Assembly (NCBI GenBank): GCA_900234795.1
Contig: LT962688.1
Coordinates: 4,950,001-4,982,000 of the forward strand
Reading direction: 5' to 3'
Length of the DNA stretch: 32,000 bases
From: Methylorubrum extorquens
Lineage (GTDB): Bacteria > Pseudomonadota > Alphaproteobacteria > Rhizobiales > Beijerinckiaceae
Part shown: positions 1 to 7,994 of the stretch, in pieces
Numbering within the stretch: the stretch's first letter is position 1
How the letters are laid out: each line of letters starts with the position of its first letter
Program-made: the position numbers and the translations under genes
The notes under the pieces: generated by a model
What the model was told of the DNA's origin: nothing
The model's database searches: none
Seen by the model: the letters and a program-made list of their open reading frames with translations, nothing else

Positions 1-126
1 GTCCGGCGTGTAGGTGTAGAGGCTGTGACCCCGCGCATGCGCTTCCAGCATCAAGCCGAAGGTGGTGTCGCCCGCGATGCGGATCGACTGGATCGGGTCC
101 ATCTGAACCGCGACGGTCAACGCCAT
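1..126 (-). CDS. gshB: Glutathione synthetase, first 42 codons only (gene runs off the left edge of the window)
   Basis: The reverse complement of 1-126 reads ATG GCG TTG ACC ... = [42 protein letters not shown]. This matches my recollection of the bacterial GshB N-terminus (E. coli ..GIVMDPIANINIKKDSSFAMLLEAQRRGYEL..). It is absent from the ORF track because the window edge truncates it. Confidence 0.7.
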   Translation of the reverse strand, partial: MALTVAVQMDPIQSIRIAGDTTFGLMLEAHARGHSLYTYTPD

Positions 127-428
127 GCTCGTCCCCGAATTGCTGCGCGTTCCGCCGAAACAGCGGGCGAAACAGCGGGCTCTCGGCGAGCCCGCTCCGT
201 TCCGATCGATCCTCTGAGGGGACCGGAGCCCGAGGGTCTCTCACATCGTGCCCGCTGCAGCGACGCAGCCGGAGGGGCGATGCTCAGCGCCCGGGCGTTG
301 TGTGAGGCACTCCGGGCGCCCCCCTTCAGGACCGTAACCGACCTGATGGCATCAGGCCGGCGTCTCTCAGTCATTGTTGTAACGCGTATTCTTCCGACGA
401 ACCGGTGCCCGCTTCGTCGGAACGCGCG

Positions 429-737
429 CTAGCGCTGGCCGCGGGACTGCGAGCCGCCCCCGCTGCGCCGATCGTAATCGCTGATGGCGGACTTGCACTC
501 CGGCGAGAGGCGGGAGCGGTTGCGGGTCATGCAGGCATCGGCATCCTGGCTGTTCGGATCGACGCCGGCACAGAGCCGGAAATAGTCGTTGGCGCAGCCG
601 AGTTGCAGCCCCTGGTCCTCGCGCTGGGCCTGGGCCGGGCTTGCCGCCACCAAAGCCAGCAGAGCGAGAGGCGCCAGTCTCAGGGCCGCGGACACTCCGC
701 GCGCCAGGCTGCCGAATCGTGTGAAGTCCGGACGCAT
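429..737 (-). CDS. Small secreted cysteine-rich protein (102 aa), function unknown
   Basis: ORF track entry. It has an N-terminal signal peptide (LRLAPLALLALVAASPAQA). The mature part has 4 Cys (C..C..C..C) and a Gly/Ser/Arg tail. Its codon third positions are GC-rich like neighbouring real genes. Confidence 0.6.
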   Translation of the reverse strand: MRPDFTRFGSLARGVSAALRLAPLALLALVAASPAQAQREDQGLQLGCANDYFRLCAGVDPNSQDADACMTRNRSRLSPECKSAISDYDRRSGGGSQSRGQR

Positions 738-881
738 CCTGCCTTGTCCTTCGCTCGATCAAAGTTGGGTTGGGTCCGCATATCGGGCATCCCCCCTCGT
801 TAGCAAGCGCAGCACGCCACCGTTGCACCCGCTCTCTCGCGCCCGTCCGGGCCCCCGGTGTGACCTGAGAAAACCCGCCCG

Positions 882-920
882 ACAAAGAAACGGCCCCGCA
901 GCGCGATCGCGCGGGGCCGA
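882..920 (-). terminator. Intrinsic-terminator-like element on the minus strand: 9-bp GC stem, 11-nt loop, T tract
   Basis: On the plus strand, 892-900 cggccccgc pairs with 912-920 gcggggccg. Read on the minus strand, the hairpin is followed directly by TTTCTTTGTCGGGCGGGTTTTCTC. It lies about 145 nt upstream of the minus-strand start at 737, with no annotated minus-strand gene upstream of it. Confidence 0.5.
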
Positions 921-1201
921 AGTCAAGGGAGGAAACGCCCGCCATGGGCAAACCGGACTTCGCAAGGACCGTGCCGTCCGCGAAACAGGTCGCGCCGAGG
1001 TCACGTATCACTACGGCGGCACGCGGAACGCGGCGTGCGTTGAAACACTCCGTTAACCACGTCGTGCTGAGCTTGGCTTGAGATCGCCCGGCCGGGGCGG
1101 GCCCGTCCCGCTCACGACGAGCACTCGCCCCATGCTGCCCGCCCGCTCCGGGAGGCCGCAGGGCGGGAGCCGGCCGCCACACACATCGACGGGACAGGCC
1201 C

Positions 1202-1453
1202 ATGACGCCTTCAACGACCGCCCCCTCCAAGACGCCTTCCTCAGCGTCCCCTACCGCCCCCACGGCGAAGCCGGGCCACGGCGAGGGCAGCGCGACCGGC
1301 TCCGTCGTGCCCTTCGCCCCCGCGACGACCCGCCGCTTCCGCCGCGAGGCGGACGATGCGCCGCGCGGTCAGATCCTGCTGTTCATGGGCGTGCGCTACG
1401 AGAGGATGCCGGAGGCGGAGGCTCTGCCGGTTCCGCGCCGCCGCCGCTCGTGA
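1202..1453 (+). CDS. Small hypothetical protein (83 aa), Pro/Ser/Thr/Ala-rich N-terminus with a C-terminal ILLFMGVRYERM segment
   Basis: ORF track entry. Its TGA stop (1451-1453) overlaps the GTG start (1450-1452) of the downstream lipoprotein gene in a GTGA arrangement, which implies translational coupling. I recall an ILLF.GVRYER-type motif from small alphaproteobacterial hypothetical proteins, but this is unverified. Confidence 0.45.
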   Translation: MTPSTTAPSKTPSSASPTAPTAKPGHGEGSATGSVVPFAPATTRRFRREADDAPRGQILLFMGVRYERMPEAEALPVPRRRRS

Positions 1454-2235
1454 CGCGCGCCGGTTCTCGATCTGCCGGCCTGCTTTTGGCCCTGCTCTTG
1501 GGCGCCTGCGCGCAGGAGGGTGATTTCGGCCGTCCGGCCCCGAGCGCCTGGAACAGCCTGATCGAGACCACGGGGACGGTGGCCGCTTACGAGCGCGGCA
1601 CGCCGGCTTCAGCCTTTCCGCTGACCGACGACGAGACGGTCCTGCGCGATCGGGCTTGGCGGTTCCTGATGCCCGCCGATGGTCACGCCGCCTTCTCGGA
1701 CGCGCTCGCCAACCTGACCCGAGCCCGCGTGCTGCCGCCGCGTTGGCGGCATCACGATATTCCCGCCTATCACAACGATTTGATCGCCGAGTCGTTTCGC
1801 TCTCCCTATTCCCGCTACCGCAGGTTGTCGGACGACACCGTGGCCGACGGTCGGCTGATCCCGATCTTCGCCGCCGTCGCCGGGCGTGTCTTCGACGCGG
1901 ACGGGGTGCGCCTGCGTGCCCTGCCGTTCTCGAAGAGCCTCGACGATCGGGATGTGCGGCAGGCTGCGATGCGGGTCGCCGAGAACCGCTGCCTCGTGGC
2001 GTGGGTGCGCCTGGAAACATCCCTGCGCATCGCCCGCTATCGCTACGCGCTCGAGCATTTCCTGATCGAGATGCCCGGCCGCGAGGCGGCGTCGGCCGAG
2101 CAGGCGCTCGCCTTCCTCGAAGGGCGGCGCGGGCTCCTCGACCCGCTGCTGCCGCCGGACGCCGCCGTCCGCTGCGGCCTCGTCGAGCCGCCGGTTCAGG
2201 CGGTCTTGGCCGCGCCGGTCGTGGCCAAATATTAG
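1450..2235 (+). CDS. Conserved hypothetical lipoprotein (about 261 aa)
   Basis: This is the C-terminal two thirds of ORF 1078..2235. An in-frame GTG at 1450 gives VTRAGSRSAGLLLALLLGAC, which has a lipobox (LLGAC). The part of the ORF upstream of 1450 is Arg/Pro-rich, looks non-coding, and overlaps the 1202..1453 gene in another frame. Confidence 0.65.
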   Translation: MTRAGSRSAGLLLALLLGACAQEGDFGRPAPSAWNSLIETTGTVAAYERGTPASAFPLTDDETVLRDRAWRFLMPADGHAAFSDALANLTRARVLPPRWRHHDIPAYHNDLIAESFRSPYSRYRRLSDDTVADGRLIPIFAAVAGRVFDADGVRLRALPFSKSLDDRDVRQAAMRVAENRCLVAWVRLETSLRIARYRYALEHFLIEMPGREAASAEQALAFLEGRRGLLDPLLPPDAAVRCGLVEPPVQAVLAAPVVAKY

Positions 2236-2287
2236 CGGGCGTGTATTAGCCCCGGTCCGGACACGGCAGGGACAGGGCTGAAAGCGA

Positions 2288-2974
2288 ATGGGACCGATGC
2301 GAACCATCGTCTACGCAGATGGCGGTTGCGACCCCAATCCCGGCCCCGGCGGCTGGGCGGCGGTGATCCAGGCCCCCACCGGGACGATCGAGCTGTACGG
2401 CGGCGAGCTCGCCACCACCAACAACCGCATGGAACTGACTGCCGCGATCCGCGCCCTGGAGCATTTTCCCGAGGGCGCCGCGATCGAAATGCGCTGCGAC
2501 AGCCAGTACGTGGTCAAGTCCGTCACCGAGTGGATGCGTGGCTGGAAGGCGCGGGGCTGGCGCACCGCCACCGGGCCGGTGAAGAACATCGACCTGATGC
2601 AGCGCCTCGACGCGCTGGCCGCAGCCCGCGACGTGCGCTGGACCTGGGTGCGCGGCCATGCCGGCGAGGCCGGCAACGAGCGCGCCGACCGTCTCGCCAC
2701 CCTCGGCCGCCGCGAGGCCCTGAGCGGCAAGACGTCCGGTGAAGCGATTCCCCTGCCGGCCGATGCCGCGCCAGCCCTGGCGCCGGCGCAGCCGGTGCAA
2801 TCCAAGACGGTTCAGGTGGCGCTGAGCGCGGATCTGGCCAACGCTCTGTCGCGGGCGGCGGGTCGGGCCGGGATCACCCCTCAAGCCTATCTCGAGGACG
2901 CGGTGCGGCTGGCGCTCGAACTCAAGCCGCCGGGCGTCGCCCGTGTTCGGGCCGAATTGCAGAAGGCGTCCTGA
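2288..2974 (+). CDS. rnhA: Ribonuclease HI with a Pro/Ala-rich linker and a C-terminal ribbon-helix-helix-like extension (228 aa; alternative start 2297)
   Basis: Hallmarks of the RNase HI fold are present: IVYADGGCDPNPGPGGWAAV, TNNRMEL, RCDSQYV, WVRGHAGEAGNERAD (the DEDD catalytic residues). About 80 extra residues follow the usual C-terminus. Confidence 0.85.
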   Translation: MGPMRTIVYADGGCDPNPGPGGWAAVIQAPTGTIELYGGELATTNNRMELTAAIRALEHFPEGAAIEMRCDSQYVVKSVTEWMRGWKARGWRTATGPVKNIDLMQRLDALAAARDVRWTWVRGHAGEAGNERADRLATLGRREALSGKTSGEAIPLPADAAPALAPAQPVQSKTVQVALSADLANALSRAAGRAGITPQAYLEDAVRLALELKPPGVARVRAELQKAS

Positions 2975-3046
2975 TCGGGCGGGGGCGGGCGCGATGAACC
3001 TGGGGCATCGTCCCGAAAGGTGGACGCCGGCTTTCGGAGAAAGACG

Positions 3047-3673
3047 ATGCAAAACAAAAGACGAGAGCGTCGCCCTGGATCCGGTATCCAGCACGATGCT
3101 CTCGCCTTCTTCGACCGCTCTGCCGCGACCGTCGCTGCCGAACTGATCGGCCATGGGCTGTTCGTCGACGGCGTCGGCGGCCTCATCGTCGAGACCGAGG
3201 CCTACGATCGCACCGATCCGGCCTCGCACAGCTTCGCCGGGCCGACGCGGCGCAACGCCAGCATGTTCGGGCCGCCGGGCCGCGCCTACGTCTACCGCTC
3301 CTACGGCCTGCACTGGTGCCTCAACCTCGTCTGCGAGACCGGCAGCGCCGTACTGCTGCGGGCGCTCGAACCGAATGCGGGTCTGGAGACGATGCGGGCC
3401 CGCCGCGGGCTCGACGCGCCGCGCCTTCTCTGCGCCGGGCCGGGCCGGCTCGCCCAGGCGCTCGGCATCGACCTCTCGCATGATGGCCTGCCGCTCGACC
3501 GGTTGCCCTTCGCCTGGGCGGCGCCGGAGCAGCCGATGCCGGTCGCGGCGACGACGCGCATCGGCATCAGCCGCGGGGTCGAGGCGCCCTGGCGCTTTCT
3601 GGTGCCCGGCTCACCCTATCTCAGCCGTCCGCTGCCGCGCACGAAACCCGTTGCCGCGGGGGAAGGGACTTAG
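3047..3673 (+). CDS. mpg: DNA-3-methyladenine glycosylase, Mpg/AAG family
   Basis: VETEAY...DPASHSFAGPTRRNASMFGPPGRAYVYRSYGLHWCLNLV and TTRIGISRGVEAPWRF are characteristic of the Mpg/AAG purine DNA glycosylase family. The ATG at 3047 has GGAG 7 nt upstream. The ORF track begins at an upstream GTG (3020). Confidence 0.85.
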   Translation: MQNKRRERRPGSGIQHDALAFFDRSAATVAAELIGHGLFVDGVGGLIVETEAYDRTDPASHSFAGPTRRNASMFGPPGRAYVYRSYGLHWCLNLVCETGSAVLLRALEPNAGLETMRARRGLDAPRLLCAGPGRLAQALGIDLSHDGLPLDRLPFAWAAPEQPMPVAATTRIGISRGVEAPWRFLVPGSPYLSRPLPRTKPVAAGEGT

Positions 3674-4884
3674 GTTTCGGCCAAGCCGGCGCTCGACTCC
3701 GAGGGTGCCCGCCCGTGCGGCGTCCCGAGATATTCCTCCGAGCGCATCTCGATCAGGCGGGAGGCGGTGCGCTCGAACTCGAACGCCTCGCGGCCCTGCG
3801 CTGCGGTATAAAGTTCGGTCGGCTCCGCCGCGGCCGAGGCGACGAGCTTGACGTGCGCGTCGTAGAGCGTGTCGATCAGCGTGATGAAGCGCTTGGCCTC
3901 GTTGCGCTCCGCCTCGCCCATCACTGGAATGCCGGACACGATCAGGGTGTGGAAGCTGTCGGCGAGCGCCATGTAGTCGGAGGCACCGAGCGGCTTGCGG
4001 CACAGGTCGTCGAAGCCGAAGCGGGCGACGCCGCCGGCTTCTTCCGGCACCGGAACCGCGCGGCCCTTCACCTTCACCGTACTCGGCTGGCCCTTCGCGC
4101 GTCCCGAGAGCGCCTTGAAGGCGGCGTCGAGCGCGGCCTTGGCCGCCGCGTCGGCCGGCACATGGTAGACCGAACTGCCGCCGAGCTTCTCCAGGCGGAA
4201 ATCGGTGCGGGAGTCGAGTCGCAGCACCTCGACCCGCTGCTGCAGCTCCGCCACGAAGGGTAGGAACAGCGCGCGGTTGAGGCCGCCCTCGTAGAGCCGG
4301 TCGGGCTCGACGTTCGAGGTCGCCACCACCGTCACGCCGCGCTTGAACAGGGCTCCGAACAGGCGCCCCAGGATCATCGCGTCGGCGATGTCGGTGACCG
4401 TGAACTCATCAAAGCAGAGCAGCGTCGCTTCCGCTGCCAGTGCCTCGGCTACCGGCGGGATCGGGTCGTCGCCCTTCACCTCGCCCCGTTTCAGGGCCTG
4501 ACGGTGGGCGTGGATGCGCTCGTGCGCGTCGGCGAGGAAGCCGTGGAAATGGACTCGACGCTTCGGGCCCGGCGCGGCATCGTGGAAGAGGTCCATCAGC
4601 ATGGTCTTGCCGCGGCCGACCGAGCCCCAGATGTACAGCCCCTTGGGCGGCCCGACATCGTCGTCCTTGCGGCCGAACAGCCAGCCCAGCGCGCTACCCT
4701 TCTTCGCCCGGCGGCGGCGCTCCAGATTCTGCACCAGCCGGTCGAGGGCCTGGACGAGGCGGATCTGCGACGAATCCCGCTCGATCGCACCCGAGGCCAC
4801 GAGGGCGTCGTAGCGTTCGCGGACCCGGCCGTGCGGCGCCGCGCCGGCGCGGGCATGGTCGGAGGGCGTATGGGTCTCGGGCAT
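3670..4884 (-). CDS. zapE: AFG1-family ATPase / cell division protein ZapE (404 aa)
   Basis: It has a Walker A motif in an AFG1 context (GLYIWGSVGRGKTMLMDLF) and a Walker B motif (LLCFDEFTVTDIADAMIL). I place the start at the ATG at 4884 (MPETHTPSD...). The 109 codons upstream in the ORF track are Arg/Gly/Ser-rich and unlikely to be coding. Confidence 0.85.
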   Translation of the reverse strand: MPETHTPSDHARAGAAPHGRVRERYDALVASGAIERDSSQIRLVQALDRLVQNLERRRRAKKGSALGWLFGRKDDDVGPPKGLYIWGSVGRGKTMLMDLFHDAAPGPKRRVHFHGFLADAHERIHAHRQALKRGEVKGDDPIPPVAEALAAEATLLCFDEFTVTDIADAMILGRLFGALFKRGVTVVATSNVEPDRLYEGGLNRALFLPFVAELQQRVEVLRLDSRTDFRLEKLGGSSVYHVPADAAAKAALDAAFKALSGRAKGQPSTVKVKGRAVPVPEEAGGVARFGFDDLCRKPLGASDYMALADSFHTLIVSGIPVMGEAERNEAKRFITLIDTLYDAHVKLVASAAAEPTELYTAAQGREAFEFERTASRLIEMRSEEYLGTPHGRAPSESSAGLAET

Positions 4885-5091
4885 CCCGGCCGATCGTTCA
4901 CGTGAGGGAGCGGCTCCTCCGGCAAGTGAACCTGCGGAGGAGGCGGGCGGTGTGGCTCGTCCCGCTCTGCCGCGCGGCGGCGGCGCGATCAAGCCGGCGC
5001 TGGGCAACCCTGCAAACATCCGCCGCGATCCGAAGCGGAGGCTTCCTGCCAGGGCCGATCGTCCGCGACCATGCTCGGACCTCAACACGCC

Positions 5092-5131
5092 GGAGCCGCT
5101 CCCCCGTGACTTTACCGCGGGAAGCGGCTCC
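5092..5131 (-). terminator. Possible terminator hairpin downstream of the Tad-like operon
   Basis: ggagccgct (5092-5100) pairs with agcggctcc (5123-5131), with further imperfect inner pairing. It lies 60 nt beyond the stop at 5192 on the minus strand. The downstream tail is only weakly T-rich. Confidence 0.3.
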
Positions 5132-5191
5132 CGGCGCTCATTCTGCCATTCTCTCGTTCCGCACCACCATGCGGTTCGGCGCAGCTGTGTT

Positions 5192-6625
5192 TTATTGAGT
5201 GATGCGAGCAACTCTCAGTGCCTGTTTGAACATTGCGCCGAGTGAAGCGGTGATATCATCCTGGGTATTGGCCGTGTAGAAAAATCCCGGCGATGCGCAT
5301 TTCCGAAGAGGATCTGCGAGGGTTGGACTGAATTGATTTACGCGGCCATTCTCCCAAACAATATAGCTGTCATTGTTGTAATTTTTTACAATGTTGTAGG
5401 GTATGTAAAGAACTGAGATGGTCGCACCGGCGTTTTTGAGATCCGTGCACTTCGACGGATCGATCTGAGCGGGTTGCGAGCCGTTCCAGTCGGCGTTGGG
5501 ATAGCCTGCAAATTTCGAAGGATTTCCAGAAAATGTCTTCGTATCCTTCCACGCTGAGTACGACTGGCTGTTCTGCATGCCGTCAGTGATCAGAAACACG
5601 AACGGCCTCGAGTTCGTTGAGGCGGAGCCGTTGCCGTAGGGCTTGATGGTCGACTTCATCTTCGGCAGGGCCGCCTCGAAATGAGTCCCACCGCTGCCGG
5701 TGCCGGTCTTCGGATCGTTGTTCGTGAAGAGTTGCGTGCTGCCCGTATCGAGCAGATTGGTGAAAGCGAGCGGCCAAACCTTGTCGCACTGAGCCGCCGT
5801 TCTCAGCGCGGCAAGAGACGTGGTGGTATCGGTGAGGGGCGCGAGTGTCGCCAATTGATTGATGAACGGATAGATGCCGATTCGATACTGGTTCGGCACG
5901 ACCGGCGTCGAGGCCCGTTTCAGAAGTTCGCAAACGGCGTTGTTCACCGCGTCGGACCGCAACTGGATTTTTCCCGCCGCCTTGGTCCAGCCGACACTGT
6001 CTGGGAAGTGGCACGCGAATTGGCAGTTTCCCTGCTTCTCCTTGCTTTGCATGGCGAGCACTTCAGCGTCGGAATCTTTCGTCGGCAGACCCATCGAGCC
6101 CGATACGTCCACCATCAGGTAGAAATCGAGGTAGCTTGCGAGGTCGACCGAGGCGTTGACCCGGTTGGTCAGGGTCGTCGCCGAAAGCCCGAAGATTCTG
6201 CCGAACGTGCTTTGAACGGTGGCCGTATAGCTGACCGTCGCATCGAGGGTTTGTCCGCTTCGTACGATCTCGAGTTGCGAAAGAGAGACCGTTGCGAACG
6301 GGACCTTGCTGGCATTGGCGTTGAAGGCCTTGAGGGCCTGGGACTCGCCCGCCTTGATGCCGGACGCCGTCACGTCGCTCTGCTGCGCGTTGGCGGCGAT
6401 GAACTCCTTGGCTGTCACGACGCCCGCGAGCGCGGCGGCGTCCGCTGCGTTGTCGAGCCGCGTCTTGCTGCTGATCGCCATGCCGTAATCGACGCCGAGG
6501 CCAACGAGGCCGATGGTCGGAAGCACGGCGAGCGCGAAGAGGACGTTGATGCTGCCCTCGGCGTTCGAGGCCAGTGCCGTCGCCCGGCCCTTGAGCCGGC
6601 CTGCGCGGGTCAATAGCCGGTGCAT
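5192..6625 (-). CDS. TadG-like membrane-anchored protein with a von Willebrand factor A (MIDAS) domain (477 aa)
   Basis: The N-terminus (EGSINVLFALAVLPTIGLVGLGVDYGMAISSKTRLDNAADAAALAG) is the TadE/G-like (Tad N-terminal) signature. YLMVDVSGSMG is a DxSxS MIDAS motif, followed by FVFLITDG. The 3' third of the gene is only about 38-52% GC. Confidence 0.8.
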   Translation of the reverse strand: MHRLLTRAGRLKGRATALASNAEGSINVLFALAVLPTIGLVGLGVDYGMAISSKTRLDNAADAAALAGVVTAKEFIAANAQQSDVTASGIKAGESQALKAFNANASKVPFATVSLSQLEIVRSGQTLDATVSYTATVQSTFGRIFGLSATTLTNRVNASVDLASYLDFYLMVDVSGSMGLPTKDSDAEVLAMQSKEKQGNCQFACHFPDSVGWTKAAGKIQLRSDAVNNAVCELLKRASTPVVPNQYRIGIYPFINQLATLAPLTDTTTSLAALRTAAQCDKVWPLAFTNLLDTGSTQLFTNNDPKTGTGSGGTHFEAALPKMKSTIKPYGNGSASTNSRPFVFLITDGMQNSQSYSAWKDTKTFSGNPSKFAGYPNADWNGSQPAQIDPSKCTDLKNAGATISVLYIPYNIVKNYNNDSYIVWENGRVNQFSPTLADPLRKCASPGFFYTANTQDDITASLGAMFKQALRVARITQ

Positions 6626-7443
6626 TTGGTCGCGATCCCGTCGTTGTTGGTTGTGTCGAAGTTCACCAGCGACGCGTAGCGCGGCTGCACATAGGCCGAT
6701 CGCGCGATCCGCACGGCTGGGACGAAGCCCGACCCGAAAGTCGGCGTGAAGTCGAATGCCACATCGATCACCACCAGCGATCCGGGCCCGTAGGTGGATC
6801 GCGGCAGGGTGACCCGGCTCGGCGTTGCGTCGTCATCGGCCGGCAGTTGCGGCGTATCGCAAGGACGGTAATTGGCGCCGCCGGGCTGAGCGGTGCCGGT
6901 GGTCGTCCAGACCACGTTAGCATTGTAGCAGGGGCTCAGGTCGGTGTTGGTGTCGGAATTGTTCTGGCAGGCGGTGTTCTTCGCCTTGAACTGGATGCTG
7001 GCATAGTTGATCGAGATGTTCTCCCACCACGACCGGCCCTGCCGCTTGGCGTCCTTCATCACGTAGGGAAACAGCACGAGGGTGGCGTCGTAGCTGAAAT
7101 GCAGGTCGGTGGCGTTGACCCGGGCGACGGTCGAGGTGTCCGGCGGCACCGATTGCGAGATCATCTGGCTGATCGAGTGCGCGACGAGTTCAACCTTGCG
7201 CGTCGCGTTGACGTAGGCGACCACTTGGGTGCCCGCGAACAGGATCAGCAGCAGGGTGGGCAGGATCAGGGCGAACTCGATCGCGGCCACCGCGCCCTCC
7301 GCGGCACGGAAGCGTTCCGCCTGCGCCCCGAGGCCGGCGCGGACGTGTCGGAGCGCCGCCAGCGCCCGGAGGGCGGGGGTGCTCTCCGGTGCCGCGCCGC
7401 GCCGCGCCGCGGGAAGGGGCGTGCGGTGGGAGCCGTCCGCCAT
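6610..7443 (-). CDS. TadE-like pseudopilin-type protein (277 aa)
   Basis: I place the start at the ATG at 7443 (MADGSH...). It has a TadE-type segment, AEGAVAAIEFALILPTLLLILFAGTQV. The ATG overlaps the upstream gene's stop (ATGA at 7441-7445), and the 3' end overlaps the TadG-like start by 16 nt. The upstream 97 codons of ORF 6610..7734 are rejected. Confidence 0.7.
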   Translation of the reverse strand: MADGSHRTPLPAARRGAAPESTPALRALAALRHVRAGLGAQAERFRAAEGAVAAIEFALILPTLLLILFAGTQVVAYVNATRKVELVAHSISQMISQSVPPDTSTVARVNATDLHFSYDATLVLFPYVMKDAKRQGRSWWENISINYASIQFKAKNTACQNNSDTNTDLSPCYNANVVWTTTGTAQPGGANYRPCDTPQLPADDDATPSRVTLPRSTYGPGSLVVIDVAFDFTPTFGSGFVPAVRIARSAYVQPRYASLVNFDTTNNDGIATKCTGY

Positions 7444-7994
7444 CAGTACTGCTCGTTGCGAAAGGCCGCGGCCGAGACCGCGAGATAAGCCGGCTTGCCC
7501 TTGTAGGTCGCGCCGCCGCTCAACCAGTATGAAATCTGCGGAGGTAGGAACGTGATCGGGTAGATGACCTGCAGATACTGGTAGTCTCCGCGGCTTCCGA
7601 GATTGAATTGCCCTGACCCGGTGGCCAGATTGGCGACGGTCACGCCGCTCAGGTCGGAGGAGACGTAGGCGTAGTACCCGCTGGGTTGGCCTGCCTTGGG
7701 CACGACGTAGAGATTGACGATGAGGTTGTCGCAAGAAAGCGTCGCGGGCAGGTATCCGCAGAGGGTTTGCTTGAAACCCTCCAGCGTTGCCGCACTCGAT
7801 TGAGACTGAAGGCCCCCCGTCAGGATCTGGCGTGAGGCCCGTATCGTCGCGTTGTCGAGGGTCTGGTTGATATACCCGACCAGTGCGGACGCCATTACGA
7901 AAAGCAGTGTAAGGATAAACGCTGCTCCGACGAGGGCGAACTCGACGGCCACCGATCCTTCCTCGTTGCTGATGTAATTCGATTCTCGCCGCAT
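7443..7994 (-). CDS. TadE-like pseudopilin-type protein (183 aa)
   Basis: The N-terminus EEGSVAVEFALVGAAFILTLLFVMA is a TadE-type hydrophobic segment. It is the first gene of a tightly overlapping three-gene operon. An AT-rich putative promoter region lies at 8000-8050. Confidence 0.75.
   Translation of the reverse strand: MRRESNYISNEEGSVAVEFALVGAAFILTLLFVMASALVGYINQTLDNATIRASRQILTGGLQSQSSAATLEGFKQTLCGYLPATLSCDNLIVNLYVVPKAGQPSGYYAYVSSDLSGVTVANLATGSGQFNLGSRGDYQYLQVIYPITFLPPQISYWLSGGATYKGKPAYLAVSAAAFRNEQY

Noticed and set aside
945-1081. 45-codon plus-strand ORF (MGKPDFARTVPSAKQV...) preceded by GGGAGGA
   Set aside because: The SD spacing is long (about 11 nt) and GC3 is only moderate. The region is better explained as the minus-strand leader or sRNA containing the terminator. 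I keep it only as an untested possibility.
25-1263. ORFs 25..432 (+), 367..1263 (-, 298 aa), 405..803 (+) and 589..1056 (+)
   Set aside because: They are Arg/Pro/Ala/Gly-rich with no recognisable domains. They overlap the credible gshB start, the signal-peptide-bearing 429..737 gene and each other. They are typical open frames of high-GC DNA.
2723-2974. RNase HI C-terminal extension as an artefactual fusion caused by a homopolymer error
   Set aside because: The linker is a typical Pro/Ala interdomain linker in the same frame. Shortening the only nearby run (C4) would give the RNase H domain a nonsense Arg/Trp-rich tail instead of a natural stop. The fusion is therefore accepted as encoded, pending comparison with orthologues.
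2246-3481. 411-aa minus-strand ORF
   Set aside because: It is antisense to both rnhA and mpg, which have unmistakable family motifs. Its composition is Arg/Gly/Ala-rich nonsense.
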